From: Candidatus Micrarchaeota archaeon
Lineage (GTDB): Archaea; Micrarchaeota; Micrarchaeia; Anstonellales; Anstonellaceae
Length of the DNA: 64,000 nucleotides
NCBI GenBank assembly: GCA_026413765.1
Contig: JAOAKI010000004.1
Span: 33,513 to 97,512 of the forward strand
Direction: 5' to 3'
Below the pieces are notes generated by a model. It was not told where the DNA came from. It did no database searches and saw nothing but the letters and a program-made list of their open reading frames with translations. A program made the translations under genes and the position numbers. Of the stretch, positions 37,472 through 46,630 are shown piece by piece; the stretch's first letter is position 1, and each line of letters starts with the position of its first letter.

Positions 37472-40024
37472 CTATCCCTTTTTGAAGAGGCTAGTGATTG
37501 AAAACTTATTTTCCGGCTCGTTCAGAATCGCGGTATAGTAGGCTGGAATGATGCTTTCGATTTGTTCTTTTTCGTCTGCACGCCTGTAAATAGACAGTTT
37601 AGCGGCAACTACTTCTTTTTGCTCTTTTTTTGGAAGCTTTACGACCTCATCCATTGGAAGTAAGATTGCTGCTGCCTTGAAGGTCTCAAAGTCTCCGTTC
37701 ATCAAAGAATGCTTCATGATTTCCAAAAGCTCTTGTGGCGTGGGCACTTTGCCTACATATTTTATTTGCTCAGACATCACATCCAGGTAGGCCGTGAACC
37801 GCATTTCCCTATCTTTTATTTTGGATACTGTGGTAAGCGACGCCTCAAAATTTCCTGCCTTTGCTTGCCCTATTGCAATCTGTTTGTATGACTCATTTCG
37901 CATCTCTTCATTTTCTATCTTTTCTGCTATGCTGAGGGCCTGTTCAAATAATCCAGCATTTACCTGCACATCCAAAATCTGCCTGCAAATTAGAGTAAAA
38001 ACCGTTTTATCGTTTGATTTATAGGCAGTTGCAAGAGCCTGCTCAAAAAGCCCAGCCTTTGCTTGCTCTACTGCAATTTGTCGGTACGCCAGCAAGCTAG
38101 AAAGATGCTGCTTTGCTATCATGTCTGCAATCTTTATGGCTTGTTCAAACCTTCCGGCTTTTGCCAGTCTTGATGCAATATACTCATATACCAAATAGCG
38201 GTTGGACATGTCTTCTATCTTCATGGCAGTGCTTAGCGCATCATCAAACCTTCCTGCATTTGCCTGCTCTTCTGCAATCTGTCTGTATGCTTCATGAATG
38301 CCTCCCTTCACTTCTATTTTTTCTGCCGTTCTTAACGCCTGTTCAAAAAGCCCAGCCTTTGCCTGCTCTGCTGCAATTTGTTGGTAGGCCAAACAGCGAT
38401 AGACTTTATATTGCTCTATTTTATTTCCATTTTTGTCCATAGTCCTTATCTTGTCCACAGTGCTTAGCGCATCTTCAAACCTTCCAGCTTTTGCCATCCT
38501 TGATGCAACATCTGCATAGGTAGCATAGAGGACGTTTTCATCCAATATTTTCTCGGCAATACTTAGTGCATCATCAAACCTTCCTGCATTTGCATGTCCC
38601 AATGCAATCAGATTATATACTTCAAATCGTCTTTTGTCTGCCCCTATTTTCTCTGCAATCTTTAGCGCATCACTGAATTTTCCTGCCATTGCCAGCTCTG
38701 ACGCAATCTCTACATAGGCAGAATAGCGATAGTTGCTGTCTTCTATTTTGTCCACAGTGCTTAGTGCCTTCTCCAACCTTCCTGCTTTTAGACGCTCTTC
38801 TGCAATTTTTTTGTATAGATAATAGCGCAGATCATTTCTTTCTATCTTGCTAGCCGTATCAACGGCATGCTCAAGAAGCCCCATATTCAACTCTTCTAAT
38901 GCAATCGTGCCGTATGTTGAAGGGCCGTAAAGTTTTATGTTTTTTATCTCACCTGCCATTCTTACAGCATCTCCAAACTTTCCAATTTTTGCCAATTCTG
39001 CTGCAATCCTGCTGTATAGAGAATCGCGGCCTTCCTCTTCTATTTTTGAAGCAGTCATGAGCGCATGCCTGAACAATCCTGTCTTTGCCTGCTCTATGGC
39101 AATCTGTTGGTATGCCCGCAAGCGATAGCTTTCAGATCTTATTTCAGATGCTGAAGCGAGTGCTTGGGCAAATGCTTTTTCTGAATTTTCGCCAGCCTTT
39201 GTCTGCTCTACTGCAATGGCAAAATATGCTTCAAAACGCTCTCCTGGCTCCTGAATTTTAGATGCCAGCCGAATGGCTTGCTTGAATAATCTTGCCTTTG
39301 CCTGCTCCTCTACGATGCGCCGGTATGCCGGGGAGCTCTGATAGCTGCACTGTATTTTCTCTGCAATCTTTAGCGCATCACTGAATTTTCCTGCCATTGC
39401 CAGCTCTGACGCAATCTCTACATAGGCAGAATAGCGATAGTCGCTGTCTTTTATCTTCTCTGCAGTGCGTAGCGCATCCTTGACCCTTCCAGCCTTTGCC
39501 TGCTCTTCTGCAATTTTTTCGTATGTTTTTTCGCATTCAATGCTGTACTTTCTTAGCCTGGATACTGCAATAACAGCCTGCTCAAAAAGCCCAGCCTTTG
39601 CCTGCTCTTCTGCAATTTGGCTATATGCCAAAGAGTGATATGCTTGGCTTTTTATTCTTGAGGCTGTATTAAGGGCTTGGTCAAAAAAGCCCATTCTTGC
39701 CTGCTCCAATGCAAAGTTCACGTATCCTTTCCTATCGAAAAGGTCCTCGTATCTATTTTTAGAAAGAAAATCAATGATTTCGGAGCACTTTTGGCAGGCT
39801 TCAAGCAACCTCTTTGCGGTTTTTATCTTTTCAGAAATCTCTGCAGTTGTTAGAATTTCTTCCTTCAGAGGATTTCTGAAAGCTTTGCTTTTGCTTTGAT
39901 TAGAATGTGCATCTCCACAACCTGCCATTTGCATATTTTTTGAAAATGAGGCATTTGCCATATCACACCCCCCTATTTGCATTTTTGCAACAATTTTTCT
40001 GACCGGAAATGATAGCCTTAACAA
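37472..40024 (-). CDS. large alpha-solenoid repeat protein (about 20 TPR/Sel1-like ~36-aa repeats), hypothetical
   Basis: repeating unit xYxxIAxEQAKAGxFEQALxxAxKIEDxxxR across residues 100-740; no signal peptide. Confidence 0.6.
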   Translation of the reverse strand: MLRLSFPVRKIVAKMQIGGCDMANASFSKNMQMAGCGDAHSNQSKSKAFRNPLKEEILTTAEISEKIKTAKRLLEACQKCSEIIDFLSKNRYEDLFDRKGYVNFALEQARMGFFDQALNTASRIKSQAYHSLAYSQIAEEQAKAGLFEQAVIAVSRLRKYSIECEKTYEKIAEEQAKAGRVKDALRTAEKIKDSDYRYSAYVEIASELAMAGKFSDALKIAEKIQCSYQSSPAYRRIVEEQAKARLFKQAIRLASKIQEPGERFEAYFAIAVEQTKAGENSEKAFAQALASASEIRSESYRLRAYQQIAIEQAKTGLFRHALMTASKIEEEGRDSLYSRIAAELAKIGKFGDAVRMAGEIKNIKLYGPSTYGTIALEELNMGLLEHAVDTASKIERNDLRYYLYKKIAEERLKAGRLEKALSTVDKIEDSNYRYSAYVEIASELAMAGKFSDALKIAEKIGADKRRFEVYNLIALGHANAGRFDDALSIAEKILDENVLYATYADVASRMAKAGRFEDALSTVDKIRTMDKNGNKIEQYKVYRCLAYQQIAAEQAKAGLFEQALRTAEKIEVKGGIHEAYRQIAEEQANAGRFDDALSTAMKIEDMSNRYLVYEYIASRLAKAGRFEQAIKIADMIAKQHLSSLLAYRQIAVEQAKAGLFEQALATAYKSNDKTVFTLICRQILDVQVNAGLFEQALSIAEKIENEEMRNESYKQIAIGQAKAGNFEASLTTVSKIKDREMRFTAYLDVMSEQIKYVGKVPTPQELLEIMKHSLMNGDFETFKAAAILLPMDEVVKLPKKEQKEVVAAKLSIYRRADEKEQIESIIPAYYTAILNEPENKFSITSLFKKG

Positions 40025-40174
40025 AAAGCATAGCTTCTTTGCCAGCAGACTTATATGCCATATTTAACCACTATTAGCTACTTTATTTATTTCAATAACT
40101 ATTTTTAAATCTATCTTTTCTGCAAATTCCAGCTGCTGTGTATAATTCTTTAAAAACCAGGCTCACATATCTTT

Positions 40175-40242
40175 TTGCTATGATGACACCGCTCCAGTTG
40201 GTTAGCCAAAAGCAATGACCATGCGGAGTAGCTTCTGAGCAA
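40175..40242 (+). ncRNA. possible second C/D-box sRNA (C AUGAUGA, D CUGA, terminal stem UUGC/GCAA; degenerate D'/C')
   Basis: boxes at 40180-40186 and 40235-40238 flanked by a complementary 4-nt stem; in AT-rich intergenic region upstream of gmhB-like gene. Confidence 0.3.
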
Positions 40243-40261
40243 GCAAGGCAGGCTGATTTGG

Positions 40262-40804
40262 GTGAAAAAAGCGTTATTTTTGGACCGAGACGGGACGCTG
40301 ATTGAAGACGTCGGCTATGCGCACAAGCCAGAGCAGCTCAAGCTTCTGCCCGGCGTTGTTGATGGGCTCAAGCTTCTCCAGAAGCATTATCTTTTTTTCA
40401 TCATAACCAACCAGCCGGGGATAGGGAAAGGCTACTACACTGTGCAAGATTTTCACATTTTCAACAATCTTCTCATCGAGATTCTCAAAAAAGAAAAGAT
40501 AGAGATACAAAGGACTTATTTCTGCCCGCATGTTGAAGGATGCGACTGCAAGAAGCCAAGCACGAAGTATGTTCGCCAAATTGTCCAAGAGTTCGACATT
40601 GACATAAGCTCTTGCTGGGTTTTGGGCGACCATCCGTCCGATGTGCTGATGGGAATCAATGCTGGCTGCAGGACAATTTATCTGCTTAGCGGGCACGGCG
40701 CCAAGCATTTTGCTGAGCTGAAAGAAAAGGGGATCTCTCCTAATTTCATAGCGCACGATTTTTACTCTGCAGCACAATACATATTGATGGATGGGGTAAA
40801 ATGA
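40262..40804 (+). CDS. HAD-IIIA phosphatase, D-glycero-D-manno-heptose-1,7-bisphosphate phosphatase (GmhB)-like
   Basis: FLDRDGTLIEDVGYAHKPEQLKLLPGV, ITNQPGIGKGYYTVQDFH, CPHVEGCDCKKP, VLGDHPSD closely follow GmhB blocks. Confidence 0.7.
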   Translation: MKKALFLDRDGTLIEDVGYAHKPEQLKLLPGVVDGLKLLQKHYLFFIITNQPGIGKGYYTVQDFHIFNNLLIEILKKEKIEIQRTYFCPHVEGCDCKKPSTKYVRQIVQEFDIDISSCWVLGDHPSDVLMGINAGCRTIYLLSGHGAKHFAELKEKGISPNFIAHDFYSAAQYILMDGVK

Positions 40805-41832
40805 AAAGGACGCTTTTGATTAAGATTGAAAATCTAAATTCGATTGAAAGCAAGCTTAAGAAAGCAGCAGTGATTCTGAGAAAAGGCGGGACAGTAGCTT
40901 TCCCAACCGAAACTGTCTATGGGTTGGGGGCAGACGCTTTCAATCCTGATGCCGTAAAAAAAATTTTCAAGGCAAAAAATAGACCTTTTGACGACCCATT
41001 GATTGTGCATATTGCTGACCTGAAAGATCTCAATTTGCTTACACCACGAATTCCTCGAAAGGCAAAGCTAATAATTGACAATTTCTGGCCAGGTCCTATC
41101 ACGTTGGTATTGAAAAAAAGGAAATCGCTGCCAGACATTACAACAGGAGGCTTGCCCACTGTCGCAGTGCGCATGCCTGCGCATAAGATTGCTCTTGAGC
41201 TGATAAAACTGTCTCAGACTCCTATAGCAGCGCCATCCGCAAATCTTTTCGGGAAACCAAGCCCAACTTCAGCAAAGCATGTGATTGAGGATTTGTATGG
41301 GAAAATAGACGCAATCATCGATGCAGGAGATACAAAAATAGGCGTGGAGTCAACAGTTGTTGACTTAACTGTCGACCCGCCCGCAATATTGCGCCCAGGT
41401 GGAATCACAAGAGAGCAGCTGGAAAAAGTAGTGGGCAAAGTCAAGGTCTTAGGCAAAGATAAGCTCAGCAAGGATTTAGCCAAAAAGTCGCCTGGAACAA
41501 AATACAGGCATTACGCTCCAAAAGCAAAACTAATTCTTGTAGTTGGAGAAAAGAAAAAAGTCCGCCAAAAAATCAAGCAGCTTCTCTTGCTGCACAAAAG
41601 AAAAAAAATAGGGATTTTGCCAACTTCACGCGACTTCGACTATCAAATAGGACTAGTTAAATTCGCAGGGCAGTCTCAAAAGGCAGTTGCAAGAAGGCTT
41701 TTTGCGATTTTTCGCGAATTTGACAAAGAAGGCGTTGATTTAATCTTGGCTGAAGGTGTTGAGGAGAAGGGATTAGGTCTTGCCATCCTGAATAGAATGA
41801 AAAAAGCGGCACACAAAATAATCCATGTTTAA
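40801..41832 (+). CDS. tsaC: L-threonylcarbamoyladenylate synthase Sua5/TsaC (YrdC domain + Sua5 C-terminal domain)
   Basis: GGTVAFPTETVYGLGADAFN YrdC motif; 343 aa with SUA5 domain; start overlaps previous gene (ATGA). Confidence 0.85.
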   Translation: MKRTLLIKIENLNSIESKLKKAAVILRKGGTVAFPTETVYGLGADAFNPDAVKKIFKAKNRPFDDPLIVHIADLKDLNLLTPRIPRKAKLIIDNFWPGPITLVLKKRKSLPDITTGGLPTVAVRMPAHKIALELIKLSQTPIAAPSANLFGKPSPTSAKHVIEDLYGKIDAIIDAGDTKIGVESTVVDLTVDPPAILRPGGITREQLEKVVGKVKVLGKDKLSKDLAKKSPGTKYRHYAPKAKLILVVGEKKKVRQKIKQLLLLHKRKKIGILPTSRDFDYQIGLVKFAGQSQKAVARRLFAIFREFDKEGVDLILAEGVEEKGLGLAILNRMKKAAHKIIHV

Positions 41833-42602
41833 ATCTCCAGTTCCATTCCGTCATGAGCCGCAACTGTGGGTTGAAAAATTTTTTGGGCCGCCCTTTGCGC
41901 CTCCTCCCTTGTCTCTTTCGTCTTGTAAAGGTGGGCAATAAAGTGCGTCAGACAAAGCATCTTGCATTTTGCTTTCTTTGCAATCTTGGCGGCAGCTTCA
42001 GGAGACATGTGGGGCCAGTCCGAGCTTGTTTTTTGGCCAGGCAACAATCCGCATTCAGTTATCAGCATGTCCGCATTTTTTGCAAGAAGGTAGATGTTCT
42101 TGCATGAGCCAGTGTCGGTGCAATATGCTATTTTTTTGCTGCCAAGCTCGAAACGGAAGCCAAAACAAGGGTCCGCATGGACAAGCGGAGCGGCAATCAC
42201 CTCAATATTCTCACCAATCTTCTTCTTTTTCCAAGGACTAATCTCATGTATGTCAACTTCCAAGCCTATCTCTTCAAGCTCTTTAGGCGAGGCAGTGAAT
42301 GGGTGGTTCAGCAGCTGTGCTAAGATTTTTTTTGTTCCCGGCTGGCCGAAAATTTTAATTTTTTTCATTTTAGTCAGCTTTGGCAGCACATGCAGCCCAA
42401 AGACATGGTCCAAATGAAAATGCGAAAGAAAAAGAAAGAATTTTCTTTTACCATTCTTTTCTTTTTCAAGCCTTGTCAGGCCTTCTCCTGCATCCAATAT
42501 TATTGTGCTTTTGCCAAAGCTAATTGTCGCGCAGACAGTATGGCCTGTTTCTGTAGTGTACCAGCCATTCGTTCCAAAAAATTTTACCTTTATTTTATCC
42601 AT
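41829..42602 (-). CDS. metallo-beta-lactamase-fold hydrolase (RNase Z-like?)
   Basis: LFLSHFHLDHVFGL HxHxDH motif; start set at internal Met 42602 because the upstream extension overlaps the opposite-strand gene. Confidence 0.6.
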   Translation of the reverse strand: MDKIKVKFFGTNGWYTTETGHTVCATISFGKSTIILDAGEGLTRLEKEKNGKRKFFLFLSHFHLDHVFGLHVLPKLTKMKKIKIFGQPGTKKILAQLLNHPFTASPKELEEIGLEVDIHEISPWKKKKIGENIEVIAAPLVHADPCFGFRFELGSKKIAYCTDTGSCKNIYLLAKNADMLITECGLLPGQKTSSDWPHMSPEAAAKIAKKAKCKMLCLTHFIAHLYKTKETREEAQRAAQKIFQPTVAAHDGMELEI

Positions 42603-43848
42603 AGTTCGGATTCTCCACATATTTTTTAAATTGTTGGCTAGAAAAAATAGCGTGCCTTTCAACTTAAGCCATCTATTGCTGGCTACGCTTTTAGCTTCTT
42701 TAATTTTTGTTGGCTGGTCTTATCTTAGCCTCTCCTCTCAGTTTTCAGAGCTTTCTGATTCGCATCGCCAGGCGCTCTTGCAGCTGCAGCAGCTCCAGAA
42801 AAATTACTCGCATCTCCAAAGCCAATATTTAGCTGCACAGCAGTCTTTTTTACAGCAAATGCTGGAGGCAAACCGTACAATCGACAAGCTTTCTTTTGAG
42901 CTCAATCAGTCCAGGCAAAAAGCCTCTGAATTAAGCCAAGAGCTGGAACAAAAAGAACATCTTCTCAAGGCGCAGATTCGGCAGCTGGAGCAACTCAAAG
43001 AGGAATTCTCCAGCATGGAAAAGAACATCTCCTCCTCTATCGAATGGTTCCGCCAAAACGCCGCCTTCCGCGAAGAGCATGGAGAGAAAGCCAAGGTTTA
43101 TCTTAAAAGGGTGCTGGAAGATTGCGTTGATGGCCAAGAGCTTAATTTAGCATGCATGAGCTATTTGATGGAGAATGCCGCTTTCGCAGTCCATTATCGG
43201 ATTGATATCGAATCAGTGGGCAAAGAGGATTTCTTGCAAAGCGTCAAGCAGACAATAGACAGCGGCTGGGGAGACTGCGAAGACTACTCTTTGCTGTTCA
43301 AGGCGGCTCTGAACTCACTCAAGCAAACGCAACCAAACCTAAAAATAGTGGGATGGCAAAGAGCTGAAAGCGGCATCTTCTACATCTATCCAAAAGAAAG
43401 CATTGTTCTCAAAGACCCTTATACTTCTTACTGGTATTATCCGAATGCCCGCAAAGCCTATCTGGGAGAGCTGGGAGCGTCAAACTTTTTTGTCGTATGC
43501 TTTGACACAATGGGGACTTATGGGCATTGCACAGTTGCAATTTCCGAAAAGCCAGTTCTTTCAATCAACGAAGTTTTTTCTTTGGCGGGGGCAAGGAATT
43601 TTGAGCCGCAGAATGGAGAATTTTTAGGAATTATAGGTGATGGAAGAAGCGATGTAGAATTAGAGATCGGTGATAAGGAGTTCTACTTTGACTATGACAT
43701 TTGCAGCCTTGAAGAGTGTCCCACTCTTTCTCCATATAAAATTCGCCTAATAATAACCGATTCGGATCTGTTTAAATTCTATAATGGCAAATGGACAAGC
43801 TATGGTGATTATCAGGCAAAAATAAAACAGTTGCTAAAGAATTTGTAG
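42505..43848 (+). CDS. membrane-anchored coiled-coil protein with transglutaminase-like cysteine-protease core
   Basis: TM helix LLLATLLASLIFVGW, long Q/L-rich coiled coil, then GWGDCEDYSLLFKAAL matching transglutaminase-like G-x-C-x-[DE]-[FY] core; true start probably downstream of 42505. Confidence 0.45.
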   Translation: MLLPKLIVAQTVWPVSVVYQPFVPKNFTFILSIVRILHIFFKLLARKNSVPFNLSHLLLATLLASLIFVGWSYLSLSSQFSELSDSHRQALLQLQQLQKNYSHLQSQYLAAQQSFLQQMLEANRTIDKLSFELNQSRQKASELSQELEQKEHLLKAQIRQLEQLKEEFSSMEKNISSSIEWFRQNAAFREEHGEKAKVYLKRVLEDCVDGQELNLACMSYLMENAAFAVHYRIDIESVGKEDFLQSVKQTIDSGWGDCEDYSLLFKAALNSLKQTQPNLKIVGWQRAESGIFYIYPKESIVLKDPYTSYWYYPNARKAYLGELGASNFFVVCFDTMGTYGHCTVAISEKPVLSINEVFSLAGARNFEPQNGEFLGIIGDGRSDVELEIGDKEFYFDYDICSLEECPTLSPYKIRLIITDSDLFKFYNGKWTSYGDYQAKIKQLLKNL

Positions 43849-43866
43849 CATGTGGGTTGTGGTTTT

Positions 43867-44946
43867 ATGAAAATCGAGCAAATAAGCGTGCTTGATGCAT
43901 CCGATCCGGTTTCAAAAGCAATCAATGAGATTTCCAAGACGGGCCTTCCTGTTGTTGTTATGAGAAACAAGAAATATGTCGGCTTGATTGATGAAAGGGC
44001 AATACGCCACAGAATCGCAGACATATCCAAGGAGAAATGCGAATCAGTCGCTGAAAAATCGCCAGTGCTTGAGCCAGAAGCCTCGGTGTTGGATGCCTCA
44101 AAGGCATTCTTTGCAGGCAGGTTCAAAGCAATACCGGTGATAAAAAACGGCAAGGTTTTTGGAGCAATCACAAGAAGAACGCTTCTTTCCGAGCTTCTTT
44201 CTTCAAAGTTTTTGTCCAAAAAGAGAGTTTCAGATGTGATGTCCTTTCCAGTAGCGACTATCGACATCAGCTCGACTATCGGTCAGGCAAGAAGCGAGTT
44301 GCGCAGGCACAACATCCGCAGGTTAGTTGTCACAAAAAACGGTAGAATCGCAGGCATTCTTTCGGTCTTTGACCTTGCGTTTCACATGACCAAGCCAAAA
44401 CAAGCTGAAACTTTCTATCTTAGCGGGGCAAAAGAAAGCATTGACGACCAGCCAGTCTCATCGTACATGAAAGAGCAAGTCGAAACTGTCCAAGAGACAG
44501 AGACCCTTGCATCCGCTGTGAAAAAGATGCTTGAAAAACATGTTTCTGCATTGGTTGTGTCGGAAGGCGGCTACCCACGAGGCATCGTCACTGCAAAAGA
44601 TATATTCCACACAATATTGGAGGAGCAAAAGCCAGCCAGGGTATTTGTCTCAGGCTTGCATGATTCTCATAAGGATGCTCATGATTATATCGTAAAGGAA
44701 GGGGAAAAGCTTATCCAAAAAGTCGGCAAAAGTTTTCCGATAACCTCGATAGCATTCCACGTGAAAACAGAGGGCGCTGGCTTTCTTGTGAGAGCAAAAA
44801 TACACACACCAAGAAAGTCTTACAATGCATCTGCAAGCGATTTCCGCCTTGAGGGGGCAATTGACAAAGCGATTGATGAGCTGCGGCTGCTTGTTTCTAA
44901 AGATAAAAAAACAGGTGTTGGCCTGAGGAGAGTTTCTCAAGACTAA
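43867..44946 (+). CDS. four-CBS-domain protein fused to C-terminal HPF/RaiA (ribosome hibernation factor, Ribosomal_S30AE) domain
   Basis: two CBS pairs (residues 1-260); C-terminal 95 aa align to E. coli HPF/YfiA: VFVSGLHDSHKDAHDYIVKEGEKL ~ LNITGNNVEITEALREFVTAKFAKL and KIHTPRKSYNASASDFRLEGAIDKAIDELRLLVSKDKK ~ [39 protein letters not shown]. Confidence 0.6.
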   Translation: MKIEQISVLDASDPVSKAINEISKTGLPVVVMRNKKYVGLIDERAIRHRIADISKEKCESVAEKSPVLEPEASVLDASKAFFAGRFKAIPVIKNGKVFGAITRRTLLSELLSSKFLSKKRVSDVMSFPVATIDISSTIGQARSELRRHNIRRLVVTKNGRIAGILSVFDLAFHMTKPKQAETFYLSGAKESIDDQPVSSYMKEQVETVQETETLASAVKKMLEKHVSALVVSEGGYPRGIVTAKDIFHTILEEQKPARVFVSGLHDSHKDAHDYIVKEGEKLIQKVGKSFPITSIAFHVKTEGAGFLVRAKIHTPRKSYNASASDFRLEGAIDKAIDELRLLVSKDKKTGVGLRRVSQD

Positions 44947-44955
44947 GGTTGTTTT

Positions 44956-45861
44956 ATGCTTGCTGTTTCATTTTGTGGCATGCGCTTGAGAAACCCGCTT
45001 ATTTTGGCATCAGGAATTCGCGGAAACAGCGCAGACCTGCTTATCCGCGCCGCCAAAGAGGGTGCGGGAGCAGTGACATCAAAATCCTGCTCTTTGAAAC
45101 CGCGCGAAGGGCATGCAAATCCGACCGCAGTCAACGAAGGAGCAGTATGGCTTAATGCAATAGGGCTTTCAAATCCAGGCGTAGAAGAAGAGGTGGTTGA
45201 GCTTAAGAAGGCAGTGAAGCATTGCGGCGTGCCAGTTATTGCAAGCATCGTCGGGTTTTCTGTTGAAGAATTCGGGCTAGTTGCGTCAAAAATCTCCCAG
45301 GCAAATCCAGCCATGATCGAGATAGATGCTTCTTGCCCAAATGTAGAGGGAAAAGGAAAAATGTTTTCAAGCTGTGTTGAGGATGCTGTCCTTGTTACAA
45401 GAGAAGTCCGCAAGTCGACATCTTTGCCTATCTCAATCAAGCTTTCTGCCGATGTCCCAAACATAGGCGAAATAGCCTCTGAATGCATTTCCGCAGGCGC
45501 AAATTGCATAACTGCAATCAACACTGTTGGCGGAATGTATATTGATGCTTACGCGCAGCGGCCAGTGCTCCACAACTGGTTTGGCGGCGTATCTGGCCCT
45601 GCCATCAAGCCAATAGCCCTCAAGGCAGTCTACAACATTAGGAAAGCAGTTGGACCTGATGTGCCGATTATAGGAACAGGCGGAGTGGTCACAGGATTAG
45701 ATGCGGTTGAGATGATTATGGCGGGAGCAACTGCGGTTGGGATAGGAACAGCAGTTGCGATAAGAAAAAACGCCTTCCGGGAAATTTCAAAAGAGATGAA
45801 AGCATTCATGAAGAAAAAAGGCTTCAGGTCAATTTCTGACATAAAGCTTATCGAGAAGTGA
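44956..45861 (+). CDS. pyrD: dihydroorotate dehydrogenase (type 1B) catalytic subunit
   Basis: NPLILASG, SIKLSAD, GIGTAV TIM-barrel DHODH motifs; followed by pyrK. Confidence 0.9.
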   Translation: MLAVSFCGMRLRNPLILASGIRGNSADLLIRAAKEGAGAVTSKSCSLKPREGHANPTAVNEGAVWLNAIGLSNPGVEEEVVELKKAVKHCGVPVIASIVGFSVEEFGLVASKISQANPAMIEIDASCPNVEGKGKMFSSCVEDAVLVTREVRKSTSLPISIKLSADVPNIGEIASECISAGANCITAINTVGGMYIDAYAQRPVLHNWFGGVSGPAIKPIALKAVYNIRKAVGPDVPIIGTGGVVTGLDAVEMIMAGATAVGIGTAVAIRKNAFREISKEMKAFMKKKGFRSISDIKLIEK

Positions 45862-45865
45862 TCGC

Positions 45866-46630
45866 ATGCTTCCACAGCCAGTAAAGGTAGTAAAAATAGA
45901 AAAGGAAAACCAAAGTGTGGTTACTCTGACGCTTTCTTGCAGGATGCCAGAGGCAGTGCCTGGCCAGTTTTTGATGGTGTGGCTGCCTGCCCAGCAGGAG
46001 GAAAAGCCATATAGCCTGGCAGACAACGACCCTGTGAAAATCACGGTTGGGGCGCGCGGACCTTTCAGCACAGCTCTCTGCAGCCTGAAAAAAGGAGATT
46101 TTGTCTGGATAAGGGGCCCATATGGGAGAGGATTTGAGCTGAAGGGCAAAAAAATATTGCTGGTTGGGGGCGGATACGGCTTTGCGCCCCTAAGATTCCT
46201 TGCCAAAGAGGCGCGCAAAAAGAAGATCAGCGCAATTGCTGTTTGCGGAGCAAGGACCAAAAGCCTCCTTTTGAAAGCTGCATCCTGTAAAACGATTTAT
46301 ACGACCGATGACGGCTCTTATGGCATTCCCGGAAATGTATTGGCCGGCATGGCATTTCTTTTTAAGAAACACAAATTCGATTTAGTCTATAGTTGCGGAC
46401 CTGAAAAAATGATGCAGGCGGTAGCAAAAGAGGCAGAAAAAAGAAAGATAGCTTCTCAGCTTTTGCTCGAGCGCTATATGAAATGCGGCATAGGTGTTTG
46501 TGGCCATTGCTGCTGTGGTGAGCTGCTGGTTTGCGTTGATGGCCCGATGTTTTGGTACAGCCAGCTGAAGTCCAACCCGGAATTTGGAAAGATTTGGAGA
46601 GACAAAAGTGGAAAAAAGGTGTCAATCTGA
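45866..46630 (+). CDS. pyrK: dihydroorotate dehydrogenase electron-transfer subunit
   Basis: FAD/NAD-binding fold with C-terminal 2Fe-2S cysteine cluster CGIGVCGHCCCGELLVC. Confidence 0.8.
   Translation: MLPQPVKVVKIEKENQSVVTLTLSCRMPEAVPGQFLMVWLPAQQEEKPYSLADNDPVKITVGARGPFSTALCSLKKGDFVWIRGPYGRGFELKGKKILLVGGGYGFAPLRFLAKEARKKKISAIAVCGARTKSLLLKAASCKTIYTTDDGSYGIPGNVLAGMAFLFKKHKFDLVYSCGPEKMMQAVAKEAEKRKIASQLLLERYMKCGIGVCGHCCCGELLVCVDGPMFWYSQLKSNPEFGKIWRDKSGKKVSI

Noticed and set aside
42602-42662. Longer N-terminus of the MBL hydrolase (ORF-track start 42662)
   Set aside because: The extension is Lys/Asn-rich and overlaps the opposite-strand gene. The internal Met at 42602 begins the conserved MBL fold.
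46552-46629. N-terminal extension of the pyrC ORF overlapping pyrK
   Set aside because: An in-frame ATG at 46630 gives the canonical dihydroorotase N-terminus (MAEQILIKNG). The extension overlaps the pyrK C-terminus in another frame.
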